DNA of 64,000 nt. It comes from Dehalococcoidia bacterium. Lineage in GTDB: Bacteria > Chloroflexota > Dehalococcoidia > Plut-88900. Numbering within the stretch: position 1 is the stretch's first letter; every line of letters begins with the position of its first letter. Where the stretch lies: NCBI GenBank assembly GCA_965197585.1, contig OZ240215.1, forward strand, positions 928,001-992,000. The letters are read 5' to 3'. Both the position numbers and the translations under genes were made by a program. Shown in pieces: positions 1 to 9,360 of the stretch. The notes beneath the pieces were generated by a model that did not search any database, was not told the origin of the DNA, and saw nothing but the letters and a program-made list of their open reading frames with translations.

Positions 1-577
1 GAGTGCGGAACGTGAAATTGCCGGGCGTGATCTCGTTGCGGAAAGACTTACCTATCTGAGCGATGCCAAAAGGTAGCCGCTTTCGGGTGGAATTCAGCAC
101 GTTTTCGAAATTGACGAAGATACCCTGGGCGGTCTCAGGGCGGAGGTAGACGACAGCGACATCTTCTTCGACGGGACCCATGAAAGACTTGAACATCAGG
201 TTGAACATACGAGGTTCGCTCACCTCGCCGTTGCAGTTGGGGCAGCGCCCGTCGGCAAGAGCGTCGTCTCGCCAGCGCAGGTTGCATTCTCGGCACTCGA
301 CCAGTGGGTCGGCGAAGTTATCCAGGTGGCCGCTGGCTTCCCAGACCCTTGGGTGCATCAGGATTGCGGAATCCAGTCCCACAACGTCACCCCTCTGCTG
401 GACCATGGAGCGCCACCATGCATCCTTGACGTTCCTTTTGAGCTCGACTCCCAGGGGTCCGTAGTCCCACACGCTTCCGAGACCGCCGTAGATTTCGGAG
501 TTCTGGAAGATAATGCCGCGGCGTTTGCAGAGGGATACGATCTTTTCCATCGTTACGGAGTGAGTAGTCGGGTCCAA
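1..577 (-). CDS. glyQS: Glycine--tRNA ligase, homodimeric type; N-terminal part, runs off the window edge
   Basis: Manual translation from ATG 550 (in-frame TTG at 577 follows a GGAGG RBS): [46 protein letters not shown]...[24 protein letters not shown], the typical GlyRS N-terminus. Missing from the ORF track because it is truncated. Confidence 0.95.
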   Translation of the reverse strand, partial: MDPTTHSVTMEKIVSLCKRRGIIFQNSEIYGGLGSVWDYGPLGVELKRNVKDAWWRSMVQQRGDVVGLDSAILMHPRVWEASGHLDNFADPLVECRECNLRWRDDALADGRCPNCNGEVSEPRMFNLMFKSFMGPVEEDVAVVYLRPETAQGIFVNFENVLNSTRKRLPFGIAQIGKSFRNEITPGNFTFRT

Positions 578-693
578 GGGGGCCTCCAAAGGTTAAAGTT
601 AGCATACGTATTTTAACAACTGGGGTGGGAATAGGGGGGGATCAGGAGCAGGGGTTGACAGAGCATTGTGAAACGGTTAACTATCCCAATAAC

Positions 694-1329
694 ATGCTTA
701 TAGATTTACACAACCACACGTCCAAGTATTCCGATGACAGCCTTTTGCATCCCGAGCACCTGATTGAAGAAGCGAAAAAGGCCGGGTTGGACGGTATAGC
801 CGTTACGGAGCACGATTTCTTCTGGGACCCCGACGAGTTGGTCGGCCTGGGCAAGAAGATGGACTTTCTGGTGATCCCGGGAGTCGAGATCAACACCGAC
901 GAAGGGCACTTGCTGGTTTTCGGGCTGGACCACTACGTGTTTGGGATGCACAAGACATGGTTTCTTAAGGACTTGGTAGACAAGAGCGGTGGGGCAATGT
1001 TGGCGGCGCATCCATACCGCAGAAGGTTCAGGCCCGAGTTCAAGAACGCCGAGGAATACGAGCGCATGCTCCAGAAGGCCAGCACCAACAGCATGCTCGC
1101 AATTGTTGAGGGCGCCGAGGTGAATAATGGGCGCGGGTCTGAGCAGGAGAACGCATTCGCGACGGAGCTTTGCCGCAGGCTTAACCTAAAAGGAGTCGCG
1201 ACCAGCGATTCGCACCAGACCCACGACATTGCCAAGAACGGTACGCGGTTTGAGCGTCGGATCTCGGGTTTGGAAGACCTGATTACCGAGTTGAAGGCCG
1301 GGAGGTTTCAACCCGAGCCGCTAAGGTGA
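694..1329 (+). CDS. PHP domain metal-dependent phosphoesterase
   Basis: DLHNHT..SDDS, AVTEHD, GVEINT..GHLL, AAHPYR and SDSH motifs. Start placed at ATG 694 (ORF track begins at 625). Confidence 0.85.
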   Translation: MLIDLHNHTSKYSDDSLLHPEHLIEEAKKAGLDGIAVTEHDFFWDPDELVGLGKKMDFLVIPGVEINTDEGHLLVFGLDHYVFGMHKTWFLKDLVDKSGGAMLAAHPYRRRFRPEFKNAEEYERMLQKASTNSMLAIVEGAEVNNGRGSEQENAFATELCRRLNLKGVATSDSHQTHDIAKNGTRFERRISGLEDLITELKAGRFQPEPLR

Positions 1330-1377
1330 GGGTAGTTCGCTGCTCTTCATGCCCTGGCATGTCGCGCAGGGGATGGC

Positions 1378-2403
1378 CTATTTCTTGGGATGGAGGGTGG
1401 TGGACAGGTCGCCGATGAGCATCTCCAGAGCGATTCCCTCAGGCATGTCTGTGGACTTCAACTGTAGGTCCGTGTTCAGGACGTTCTCGTAGGCTTGGGT
1501 CACGGCGGGTAGGGTGGTGGTCGAGGCTTGGTCCATGACCTTGTCCAACGCAAAGCGAGATGACATCCCAAGATGCTTCGGAAACTCGGAGGGTGGGACG
1601 CGGCGGGCGCGTAGGTCGATGGCCAGGGCAATAAGGCGAAGCTGCCGTCCGATCATCGTGAGGATATGAAAGCCAGAGATTCCGTCGTCCATGAGAGCTG
1701 AGAGCTGACGGAATGCCCTGGTACGATTCCCCTGTATGACTGCATCCACCAAGGCGAAAATGTTGGAGTCCTGGGTGCTGTTGACCAGCTTTCTGACATC
1801 CTGTTCATCAATGGCTCGGCCTGCTGCATAGAGGCTGAGTTTTTCTATATCCCCAGCCAACCTCCAGAGGGAACCGTCGAAAGAGGCCATTAGGAGTGAG
1901 ACGGCCTTTTCGGATATCCGGCCTCCGGTGTTTAGGACTCGTTCATGAATCCAACGCTGCAGGTTGGCTCCGCGCAGGGGCTCGAAAGCTTTCACCTGTG
2001 CCTCGGGAGCGAGAGCCTTAAGCAGGGGGTTATCTCTATGGAGGGGCCCGTCTTCTAGAACCAGGACGGTTGTGGAGGGCATGACTTTTACTGCGTCGGG
2101 GAGTTGGTCCCATTGAGCGGCTTCCTTGGACCCTTTACGTCGTCTTGGAGCAGCGCTGCTGCCGGCTCGCCGACGGTCCGGCGGGTTCGATTTGCTCAGC
2201 AGGCCCTGCACTATGACCAGCCGATACTCGGCGAGAAAGGGCATCGCGTTGATGATGGACATAAGCTGATCGTAGCTAAGGTCCGAGCCATCCAGCTTGG
2301 ACGTGTTGGTGGCCAGGGCTTCCGGCGCGTCTAGGCTTTCGGCTAAGCGGGTAAGGGCTTCCCGTCGGGTGAAATCGTCTTCTCCGTAAAATATGTAGAG
2401 CAC
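1378..2403 (-). CDS. holA: DNA polymerase III subunit delta
   Basis: 341 aa; YIFYGED N-terminus, MPFLAEYRLVIV, DIEKLSLY, NIFALVDAV, DLQLKS. Confidence 0.9.
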   Translation of the reverse strand: MLYIFYGEDDFTRREALTRLAESLDAPEALATNTSKLDGSDLSYDQLMSIINAMPFLAEYRLVIVQGLLSKSNPPDRRRAGSSAAPRRRKGSKEAAQWDQLPDAVKVMPSTTVLVLEDGPLHRDNPLLKALAPEAQVKAFEPLRGANLQRWIHERVLNTGGRISEKAVSLLMASFDGSLWRLAGDIEKLSLYAAGRAIDEQDVRKLVNSTQDSNIFALVDAVIQGNRTRAFRQLSALMDDGISGFHILTMIGRQLRLIALAIDLRARRVPPSEFPKHLGMSSRFALDKVMDQASTTTLPAVTQAYENVLNTDLQLKSTDMPEGIALEMLIGDLSTTLHPKK

Positions 2404-2404
2404 T

Positions 2405-3649
2405 TTATTCTCGGGAGGGGCGCCTCGGGGGCCGGGATACGAGGATAAATACTGCGGACGCGAGAAACGCAGTGAGAAGGACTAAAAAGGCGGGCCTATA
2501 GGTGCCGGTAGCTTCAAAGATGGCAGCCACCAGCAAAGGCGAACCTGCTATGGATACCATGTTCGTCATGGTCACGAATCCCCTAATCGAACCTATGAAT
2601 CGACGGCCAAAGAACCGCGCCCACAGCAGTGAGGTCATGGGGTCCATGCCCCCGATTCCGATACCAAATGATAATCCCCAAAGCACCATCATGACCACGT
2701 TGTCGGCGTAGAGGAAGAATAGCATTCCAGAGGCGGACAGAAGGAAGCTGATGGCGGCGGAGTAGCGAGGGTTGAGGCGGTCGGCGACGAGCAGCCAGCC
2801 AAATCTGCCGAACAGGCTCGATGTCGTGACCAGCGTGGCTCCCCCGACGGCCCACCCATCGCTGTAAAACTCCTTCAAGTAGGCGACCTGGTTGACCAGA
2901 ACACCAATGATGCCCGAGCCGCTGAGGTTGGTGGCAAGAAGGACCATCCAGAAGGCCCGGGTACGGAGCGCGAGGCCAAGGGTCCAGCTTGATTCGACCG
3001 GTTCAGTGGAGTTGGGTAGACGGATTGGTTCTGGATCTCCGTCGGGGAGGAGGCCGCGGTCCTCGGGGCGGCGGTGCAAGAACAGAGCGTTGAGCGGGAT
3101 AATTATAGCCACGATGGCGATTCCAAGGATCAGCCACGTCGTGCGCCAGCCTACTGCGGACATGAGGACCTGGGTCAGAGGGAGCATTAGCAGGCCGCTC
3201 GCGGGTCGGCCCATGGTAGAGAAGATCAGGGCTCGGCCCCGTTTGCGTATGAACCATTTGGATACGACGGTCGGGACGACCAGGAAAATGGTGGTGTGGA
3301 GGAAGAACGCCGAGACGACGCCGAAGAACAGATAGTATTGCCACAGATGCTCAACCCGGCTGGTTAGGATGAGGCCCAGGGCGCCCATCAGCGCGAAAAC
3401 GAGCATGAGGAGCCGGGGCCCGTGCCGCTTGTCCAGGAAGATGCCGAAGAGAGGCCCGGTGCTGGTGGCTACGACGATGCCGATGGTGATGCCCCAAACA
3501 AGCTGAGTTGAGGACCACCCCAGGTCAGCATCATCGGACATGGGCTTGACGAGGACGCTGAAGGCGTATACGCCGAAGCCGGCGGCGGTGAACTGGTCGA
3601 TGAAGCCGGTCAGGACAACCCACCAACCGTAGAAGGGCCGCCGTTTCAT
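2405..3649 (-). CDS. MFS transporter (OFA/monocarboxylate-like)
   Basis: About 12 hydrophobic segments; FYGWWVV start, VSKWFIRKRGRAL, RRPEDRGLLPDGD. Confidence 0.9.
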   Translation of the reverse strand: MKRRPFYGWWVVLTGFIDQFTAAGFGVYAFSVLVKPMSDDADLGWSSTQLVWGITIGIVVATSTGPLFGIFLDKRHGPRLLMLVFALMGALGLILTSRVEHLWQYYLFFGVVSAFFLHTTIFLVVPTVVSKWFIRKRGRALIFSTMGRPASGLLMLPLTQVLMSAVGWRTTWLILGIAIVAIIIPLNALFLHRRPEDRGLLPDGDPEPIRLPNSTEPVESSWTLGLALRTRAFWMVLLATNLSGSGIIGVLVNQVAYLKEFYSDGWAVGGATLVTTSSLFGRFGWLLVADRLNPRYSAAISFLLSASGMLFFLYADNVVMMVLWGLSFGIGIGGMDPMTSLLWARFFGRRFIGSIRGFVTMTNMVSIAGSPLLVAAIFEATGTYRPAFLVLLTAFLASAVFILVSRPPRRPSRE

Positions 3650-3652
3650 TGG

Positions 3653-4999
3653 TTAGCTCGCTACTTCCCTGACGACTGTGTCCGGGAAGAGCCGTTGGCT
3701 CTCGGGTTTCGGGAGGGGGGAGGGGGGCACGGGCTTTCGGGCGAAGAGCATGAGGCAGCCTGAGAAAAGGAACAGGCCGATGAAAACGGAGAAGGAGGCT
3801 TGGTAACTCTCCAAATTGTCGTACAGGAAGGCCGCAAAGAGGGGGCCCGAAGCCTGGGCCAGGAAAGCGATGGGAGATGTCACGCCTCTTATGGAGCCGA
3901 GGAAAGTACGACCATAATATGAGCCCCAGGCCAAGGCTGGGAGAGGGGCAATACCGGAGATGCCGGTCCCGAAAACGATACCCCAGAGCAAAAGCATCCA
4001 GAATGCATCGGCGTTGATGAGAAGGGCGATACCGAGAGCAGGAACCGTATACGTGAAAACGGTGGAGATTCGAATGTCTATCCGGTCGGAGAGGTAGGCC
4101 CACGGGAGCTTGCCTATGAGGGAAAAGCCGGAGAAGGCGACGAAAGCTATGGAGGCCTGGTTAGTGGTGAATCCGACATCTGTGTCGGTGGCGAAGGCAA
4201 AGAAGTTGATCAGTATGCCCATGAAACACATCATCCCCAGGCTGCTGGAGACGAGGATGAGCCAGAATGAACGAGTGGCGACGGCCTGACGGATGGTCCA
4301 GGAGTGTTCGTCAGGCAGCACCGGGGCGAACTCGCCGGACAGTAAGCGCGAAGCCGGTTCGTCATTGTCGGTGCGGAGACCTATGTCTTCGGGGCGTCGG
4401 CGCATAAATAGGGCGCACAAGGGGACCGTGACAACCAGGGCCGTAATGCCGAGGACCATCCAGGCATCGCGCCAGCCCAGGTACGCTATGAGTAAACTGG
4501 CATAAGGGCTAAGCAGAAACCCGCTGGAGGGCAGACCCATACTGGCCAAGGAGATGGCCATGCCCCGCCGACGCACGAACCACTTGGAGACGATGGTCGG
4601 CGTCAGGAGGCCGGGGTAGGCGTAGAGTCCGACAGCGCCGCCGATGAAGAAAAGCCCGTAAAGGTGCCAGGTCTCCTGGACGAATCCGAACAGGATGGCG
4701 CAGACGCCGATTGTGATCATTCCGCCGGTGGTTAGAAGCCGGGCCCCGTGCCTCTTGTCCAGCACTGTGCCGAGAAAGTGCCCGAATACGGCCGCCGCAA
4801 CAGTCCCGGTGGTCGTGGCGAGTATCGTGGATGACCGGGACCAGCCGAGGTCGTCACCCATGGGCTTTACGAAGACGGAGAAAGTCGAGGAGCTCAGCCC
4901 CGCGGTCATGAGGTTGAGTAGGTAACCGAGGGCTACGATTCGCCAACCGTAGAAGAATGTGAGCCGACCGGCCGGAGAGAGCTTGGAGGGGAGGGGCAT
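3653..4999 (-). CDS. MFS transporter (paralog 2)
   Basis: FYGWRIV, VSKWFVRRRGMAIS, RRRPEDIGL; closely similar to 5061-6407. Confidence 0.9.
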   Translation of the reverse strand: MPLPSKLSPAGRLTFFYGWRIVALGYLLNLMTAGLSSSTFSVFVKPMGDDLGWSRSSTILATTTGTVAAAVFGHFLGTVLDKRHGARLLTTGGMITIGVCAILFGFVQETWHLYGLFFIGGAVGLYAYPGLLTPTIVSKWFVRRRGMAISLASMGLPSSGFLLSPYASLLIAYLGWRDAWMVLGITALVVTVPLCALFMRRRPEDIGLRTDNDEPASRLLSGEFAPVLPDEHSWTIRQAVATRSFWLILVSSSLGMMCFMGILINFFAFATDTDVGFTTNQASIAFVAFSGFSLIGKLPWAYLSDRIDIRISTVFTYTVPALGIALLINADAFWMLLLWGIVFGTGISGIAPLPALAWGSYYGRTFLGSIRGVTSPIAFLAQASGPLFAAFLYDNLESYQASFSVFIGLFLFSGCLMLFARKPVPPSPLPKPESQRLFPDTVVREVAS

Positions 5000-5060
5000 A
5001 TGCGTCAGTTTACAGCGAATCAGGGGTGGGGTCGAATCGGCAGAGTGCGATCTTCCAAGG

Positions 5061-6407
5061 CTAACCGGCGATGTTCCGGGCTGCGTCTTCGGGGAAGAGG
5101 CGTTGGCTTTCGGGTGTTGGGGCGGGGGCGGGTGGCACGGGCTTCCGGGCGAAGAGCATTAGAACGGCGGAGAGCAGGAATAGCCCGATGAAGACCGTGA
5201 AGGGGACTTGGTAGCTGTCCAACTTGTCATAAAGCAGAGCGGCAAATAGCGGGCCCGTGGCCTGACCGAAGAAGGTCATGGGGGATGTGATGCCCCTTAT
5301 GGAGCCCAGGAAGGTCCTTCCGAAGTATGCCCCCCATGCGAAGGAAGGCAGTAGAGATATCCCCGATGCACCCGTTCCGTATATGAGACCCCACAAAACG
5401 AGCATCCAGAATGAGTCGGCGTTTATCAGGATGGCCATTGCAATGGCGGGCACTGCATAGGTGAAGGCAGTAGTCGCCCGGATATCGAGTCGGTCGGCGA
5501 GGTAGGCCCAAGGGACCTTGGCAGCAAGGGAAATGAACGAGAAAGTTGCGAATGCCCACCCTGCCTGACCAGAGGTAAATCCGATAGAGGCGTCGGATGC
5601 AAAAGCAAAGAAGTTGATCAGGACACCGATGAAGCAAAACATCCCGAGGCTGCTGGAGATGAGCATGAGCCAGAATGCCCGGGTGCGAATGGCCTGTGGG
5701 ATGGTCCAGGAATGCTCGTCGGGAATTACGGGCATCATTTCACCGGCGCCTCTTTGGGCTGCAGGGTCATCACCGTCGGGCCGGAGGCCGATGTCCTCGG
5801 GACGGCGGCGCATGAACAGGGCACAGGCGGGGACCGTAACGGCCAGGGCCGTCAACCCAAGAACAATCCAGGCGTCGCGCCACCCCAACTGGTCAATGAG
5901 CAAGTTGGCATATGGGCTCAGGATGAATCCACTGGAAGGCAGGCCCATACTTGCAAAGGAAATGGCCATGCCCCGCCGACGAACGAACCACTTGGAGACT
6001 ATGGTGGGTGTAATGAGGCCCGGGTATGCGGCGAGACCGACGGCTCCTCCGATAAAGAAGAGGCTATAGAGATGCCAACTCTCACGCACCTGGCCAAAGA
6101 ATATGGTGCTGATTCCGATTGTTAGCATGCCGCCTGTAGTGAGAAGCCGAGCCCCGTGTTTCTTGTCCAGGGCCAACCCGAGGAAATGGCCGGATATTGC
6201 AGCTGCCAGTGTCGCTATCGTAACGCCGAGGACGATGGAAGCCCGTGACCAGCCGAGGTCGTCGCCCATGGGCTTGACGAAAACGGAGAAGGCGGAGGAA
6301 CTAAGGCCCGCGGTCATCAGGTTGAGCAACAAGCCGAGGGCTACGATGCGCCAGCCGTAGTAGAAAGTGAGCCGACCGGCGAGGGGAAGCTTGGAGAGGC
6401 CCGACAT
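5061..6407 (-). CDS. MFS transporter (paralog 3)
   Basis: Same length (448 aa) and motifs as 3653-4999. Confidence 0.9.
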   Translation of the reverse strand: MSGLSKLPLAGRLTFYYGWRIVALGLLLNLMTAGLSSSAFSVFVKPMGDDLGWSRASIVLGVTIATLAAAISGHFLGLALDKKHGARLLTTGGMLTIGISTIFFGQVRESWHLYSLFFIGGAVGLAAYPGLITPTIVSKWFVRRRGMAISFASMGLPSSGFILSPYANLLIDQLGWRDAWIVLGLTALAVTVPACALFMRRRPEDIGLRPDGDDPAAQRGAGEMMPVIPDEHSWTIPQAIRTRAFWLMLISSSLGMFCFIGVLINFFAFASDASIGFTSGQAGWAFATFSFISLAAKVPWAYLADRLDIRATTAFTYAVPAIAMAILINADSFWMLVLWGLIYGTGASGISLLPSFAWGAYFGRTFLGSIRGITSPMTFFGQATGPLFAALLYDKLDSYQVPFTVFIGLFLLSAVLMLFARKPVPPAPAPTPESQRLFPEDAARNIAG

Positions 6408-6507
6408 ATCTGGGAGTGTACTCTGAATTGGGGGTATGGTCGAATAGACGGGCAGGGTGGGTGATATGATGGGCGCCTATGCAATACCGCCTTCGAAAGA
6501 GTGAAGC

Positions 6508-7449
6508 GTGCCGGTAGGCGAGCTCTTCGCAATCGGCGCGGCGATAAGCCACTCGATAGGCTCGCTGATTGACAAGGCGCTGACCCGACGCCTGCCTCCT
6601 ATGAAGCAGGCTGCCTTGGCCGCTCTCGGCGGGTCTCTATTCTCCTTCGTATTGATGGCAGTGTTGGGTAAATACCAGGAATTACCCGACGTCCACAAAC
6701 TCTCTCTGGTGTTAGGCATTTGCGGTGGGCTGGTATCTTTCGGGATTGGCTTCACCCTGTTTCTGATATTCCTGAAGTCGGTGGATGCGAACAAGGCTAT
6801 TCCCCTGTCGGGCGGCATCTCAGCGATTCTTTCCGTACTTTCCGGACTATTTTTCCTGGATGAGGACTTGTCGGCAATGACATTGGGCGGAATTGCCATA
6901 ATCCTGATCGGGATCTACGCGCTGAGCTTTTTTCAGAGGAACGAGACGGACCTGGCGCAGTCGGTGTGGTTGGGGTTCAAGGGGATGGCGTTCCTGGTAT
7001 TCGCCGCATCGTTCTGGGTTACGGGGTTTTCGATGCAGGCCGTGGCCCTGCGAGAAGTAGACGCGGTCATCCTGAACTCCGCCCGACTGCCAGCTATCTT
7101 CATCTTCCTTACGGTGTTGTCCCTGGCCGGCGTGGGGAAGCTGCTCAGGCCTCGCGGGGCAGCCGCACAGCCCCCGCTCGAGAGCGCGGCACTCAGCGAG
7201 GGATTTCGGGCGAGGGCCCGGGGCTACGTAGTGCCCATTTTGAACGGGAGCCTGAACCTGGGCGTCGGCAGTCTGTTCATACTTCTAGCCGTTGAGAAGG
7301 CAGGGCTGGCAGTGGCCTTCACTCTCAGCAACACCTCCCTGCTCTGGTTAGTACTGGCGAGTCCGATCTTCCTGAGAGAACGGCTTACCTTGAAAACGCT
7401 GGCGGGAGCACTAGTGACCCTCGTCGGAGTGATTATGGTGGTGCGCTAG
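6508..7449 (+). CDS. DMT/EamA family transporter
   Basis: About 10 TM helices in two repeats ending FFLDEDLS and IFLRERLT. Confidence 0.85.
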   Translation: MPVGELFAIGAAISHSIGSLIDKALTRRLPPMKQAALAALGGSLFSFVLMAVLGKYQELPDVHKLSLVLGICGGLVSFGIGFTLFLIFLKSVDANKAIPLSGGISAILSVLSGLFFLDEDLSAMTLGGIAIILIGIYALSFFQRNETDLAQSVWLGFKGMAFLVFAASFWVTGFSMQAVALREVDAVILNSARLPAIFIFLTVLSLAGVGKLLRPRGAAAQPPLESAALSEGFRARARGYVVPILNGSLNLGVGSLFILLAVEKAGLAVAFTLSNTSLLWLVLASPIFLRERLTLKTLAGALVTLVGVIMVVR

Positions 7450-8120
7450 GGAGGGGTGATCCTCTCCAGGATGCCGAGCCGTGCCTCGGTGGTGACGGCG
7501 TGCATGCGCTGGGCCCACTCGGTCTCGTTGGCTTCCTTGACCTTGGGGTGGCGCAGGGTCTCGGGCCCCGACATCTCGTAAATAGAGACCCACGTGGGGT
7601 CGAGACAGGGTGTCCGGGGATGCACGGCGGTTCGTCGGCAGAGCCTTCCGGCCAGCATCCCTTCTGCCTGCATCAGCGTAGGCATGTGCTCAGTTCGGTG
7701 CCACTCGATAAGCTCGTCCTCGTGGCCCTCCTGAACTTCCAATTGAACGGCTATGAGGTGGCGGGACCGGATGCCCGGGACCCACTCCCCGTCCCCGCCG
7801 GCTTCCGGAGATGGCAAGTTGACGACCTGCTCATATAGCGAAGCGGAGTGGTTCATAAGGCCGGTGCGGACCTGGGTGATGTAAGGGTCATTCTTGGCGA
7901 CGGCAGCGTAAGCGTCGGTGTGGAGAAGGTCAATGCTCGCCAGCTCATAGAGGTGAAGAAACTCGGGTTTCCCCTTGGAGGCGCGGAAGCGTTGTGCGCT
8001 GAGGAATCCGGTAGCGAGCAGGTCTTCGGTGTGCCTGCCGGAGGCCCACTCTTCGAAGAGGTCACGGACTTCTGGAGTAACGTCCATTCGGACGGTGTAG
8101 ATGATAGGGAGCTTGGCCAT
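7446..8120 (-). CDS. Two-domain dimeric alpha/beta-barrel protein (EthD/DUF4286-like)
   Basis: Internal repeat FEEW...H..DLL..GFLSAQRF / LIEWHRTEHMPTL....GMLAGR; AAGGAG RBS before MAKLP at 8120. Confidence 0.65.
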   Translation of the reverse strand: MAKLPIIYTVRMDVTPEVRDLFEEWASGRHTEDLLATGFLSAQRFRASKGKPEFLHLYELASIDLLHTDAYAAVAKNDPYITQVRTGLMNHSASLYEQVVNLPSPEAGGDGEWVPGIRSRHLIAVQLEVQEGHEDELIEWHRTEHMPTLMQAEGMLAGRLCRRTAVHPRTPCLDPTWVSIYEMSGPETLRHPKVKEANETEWAQRMHAVTTEARLGILERITPP

Positions 8121-8441
8121 TCGATGTCTCCTTTTGATTCTGGTGAGAGACACGTTAGCACAAATCAGGCTGGGATTCATGGGTATGCACTCGTTTGGTA
8201 GATTAGTGACACGCCGGGATTTTCTTTAGTCCTCCAGAGGCGGATGTTCCATCTTCGATTGTGGGGTTTCGGTTTTGGTTCTGTCTGTTGGGAAGGGGAT
8301 GGCGATGGAAGAGGCCCTCTTGCCCTCTAACTGGCTTTGCATCTCTCTTTGCGGGTGTTCCGGCTGTCGGGGGACCTGAAGGGTAGGCCCCGCCTGAGAG
8401 GGAGGGACTTGCAGCCGGCCGTGCCCTCTGCTCGATTATAT

Positions 8442-8677
8442 TCACGGACCGATCCAGGGCAGGATGTCCGTCAGAGGCTCCTTAGGGGTTGTATGCCGCT
8501 ATGGGCACAACGGGGCCAGGGATCCAGCTGTGGCCCCACAGCCTAACTAATGATGTCCTAGTTTGCCGGAGCGATTCGGAGCAAATCCTCCGGCACCCCC
8601 TCGCCGTAGCGCGCTAACTCTTACAATGCGGCCCGAACTTCGAGGCGAAGCTCTATGGGGGTTCTCTCGGTCCGCGA
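8442..8677 (+). ncRNA. Candidate structured non-coding RNA, family not recognised
   Basis: Terminal helix CGGACCGA (8445-8452) / TCGGTCCG (8667-8674), extended by G-U-containing pairs, enclosing 5-6 hairpins; no credible ORF. Confidence 0.45.
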
Positions 8678-9152
8678 GTACAGCTCCTGTCACCCTTGTT
8701 GTAATCTCTCTGTGCACCCCGCCCCTGGATTCACGCCAATGGCGCACTTACAGCCCGACTACTCGGGAATGACGGGGGGATGGTGGGAGAGGGGTGGGAG
8801 TAGAAAGCCAGGGCGTCTTCCATCGCCTGGGTGTCAGGGAAGAGTGCACGGGACCCGATGGGATGAGAAGATGGCGCCGGTCGCTTGTGCCGCGGGTCGC
8901 TAGGCGACCGTTGGGATGGGCTTAGGCGTTGAGTCCTCGGGTGGGTCGGGTGGGCTTCCCTGGGTGTTTGGTTCCTCCTTGAGATAGTTAGGTTGGTGTT
9001 CGAACGGTGAGGATAATAGCACTAATGTTCAGGTAGGATCAAGGGGTTCGTGTCACAGTTGGGGAGACACCGCCCCAGCCCCACAGGGGAACCCTCACCC
9101 CCTTGATCCCCCTCTCCCTTAGGGCCTTCAAGGGAGAGGGGGAGAGAAGAAC

Positions 9153-9192
9153 AGAGGGATACGTTGGCGCAGACGCGCCAACGTATCCCTCT
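9153..9192. repeat. Perfect 18-bp inverted repeat within a REP cluster
   Basis: AGAGGGATACGTTGGCGC-agac-GCGCCAACGTATCCCTCT. Confidence 0.8.
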
Positions 9193-9217
9193 AGTTCGGT
9201 ACTGGGGGAAAGGGGAT

Positions 9218-9244
9218 GGATTCCCGATCGGGGTCGGGAATGAC
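9218..9244 (+). repeat. REP-like family 1 (GGATTCC..hairpin..GGAATGAC), intact copy
   Basis: GGATTCCCGATCGGGGTCGGGAATGAC; related copies at 8727-8773, 37394-37465, 48207-48255 and 62904-62952 all carry a 22-nt insert. Confidence 0.75.
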
Positions 9245-9304
9245 GGGGGGGTGGGGGGTGATGTCACTCCTCTATCTGAACGAGATAGGGGTACAACGAC
9301 ATGA

Positions 9305-9332
9305 TTGACAGTTAAGGATGGCGTCGTATCAT
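9305..9332 (+). promoter_or_regulatory. Sigma70-type promoter of the first M24 gene
   Basis: TTGACA-16 nt-TATCAT, conserved upstream of the paralog (10567-10594). Confidence 0.7.
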
Positions 9333-9360
9333 TCGGGCAGCCGTTTCCACCGGAGGACAT

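Noticed and set aside
578-693. T-box leader for glyQS
   Set aside because: The gap to the divergent PHP gene is only about 115 nt and has no T-box consensus.
8640-8677. Minus-strand GACCGAGAGAACCCCCATAGAGCTT resembles a peptidyl-transferase segment of LSU rRNA
   Set aside because: Short, imperfect match with no further rRNA similarity; no rRNA or tRNA gene was seen in the window.
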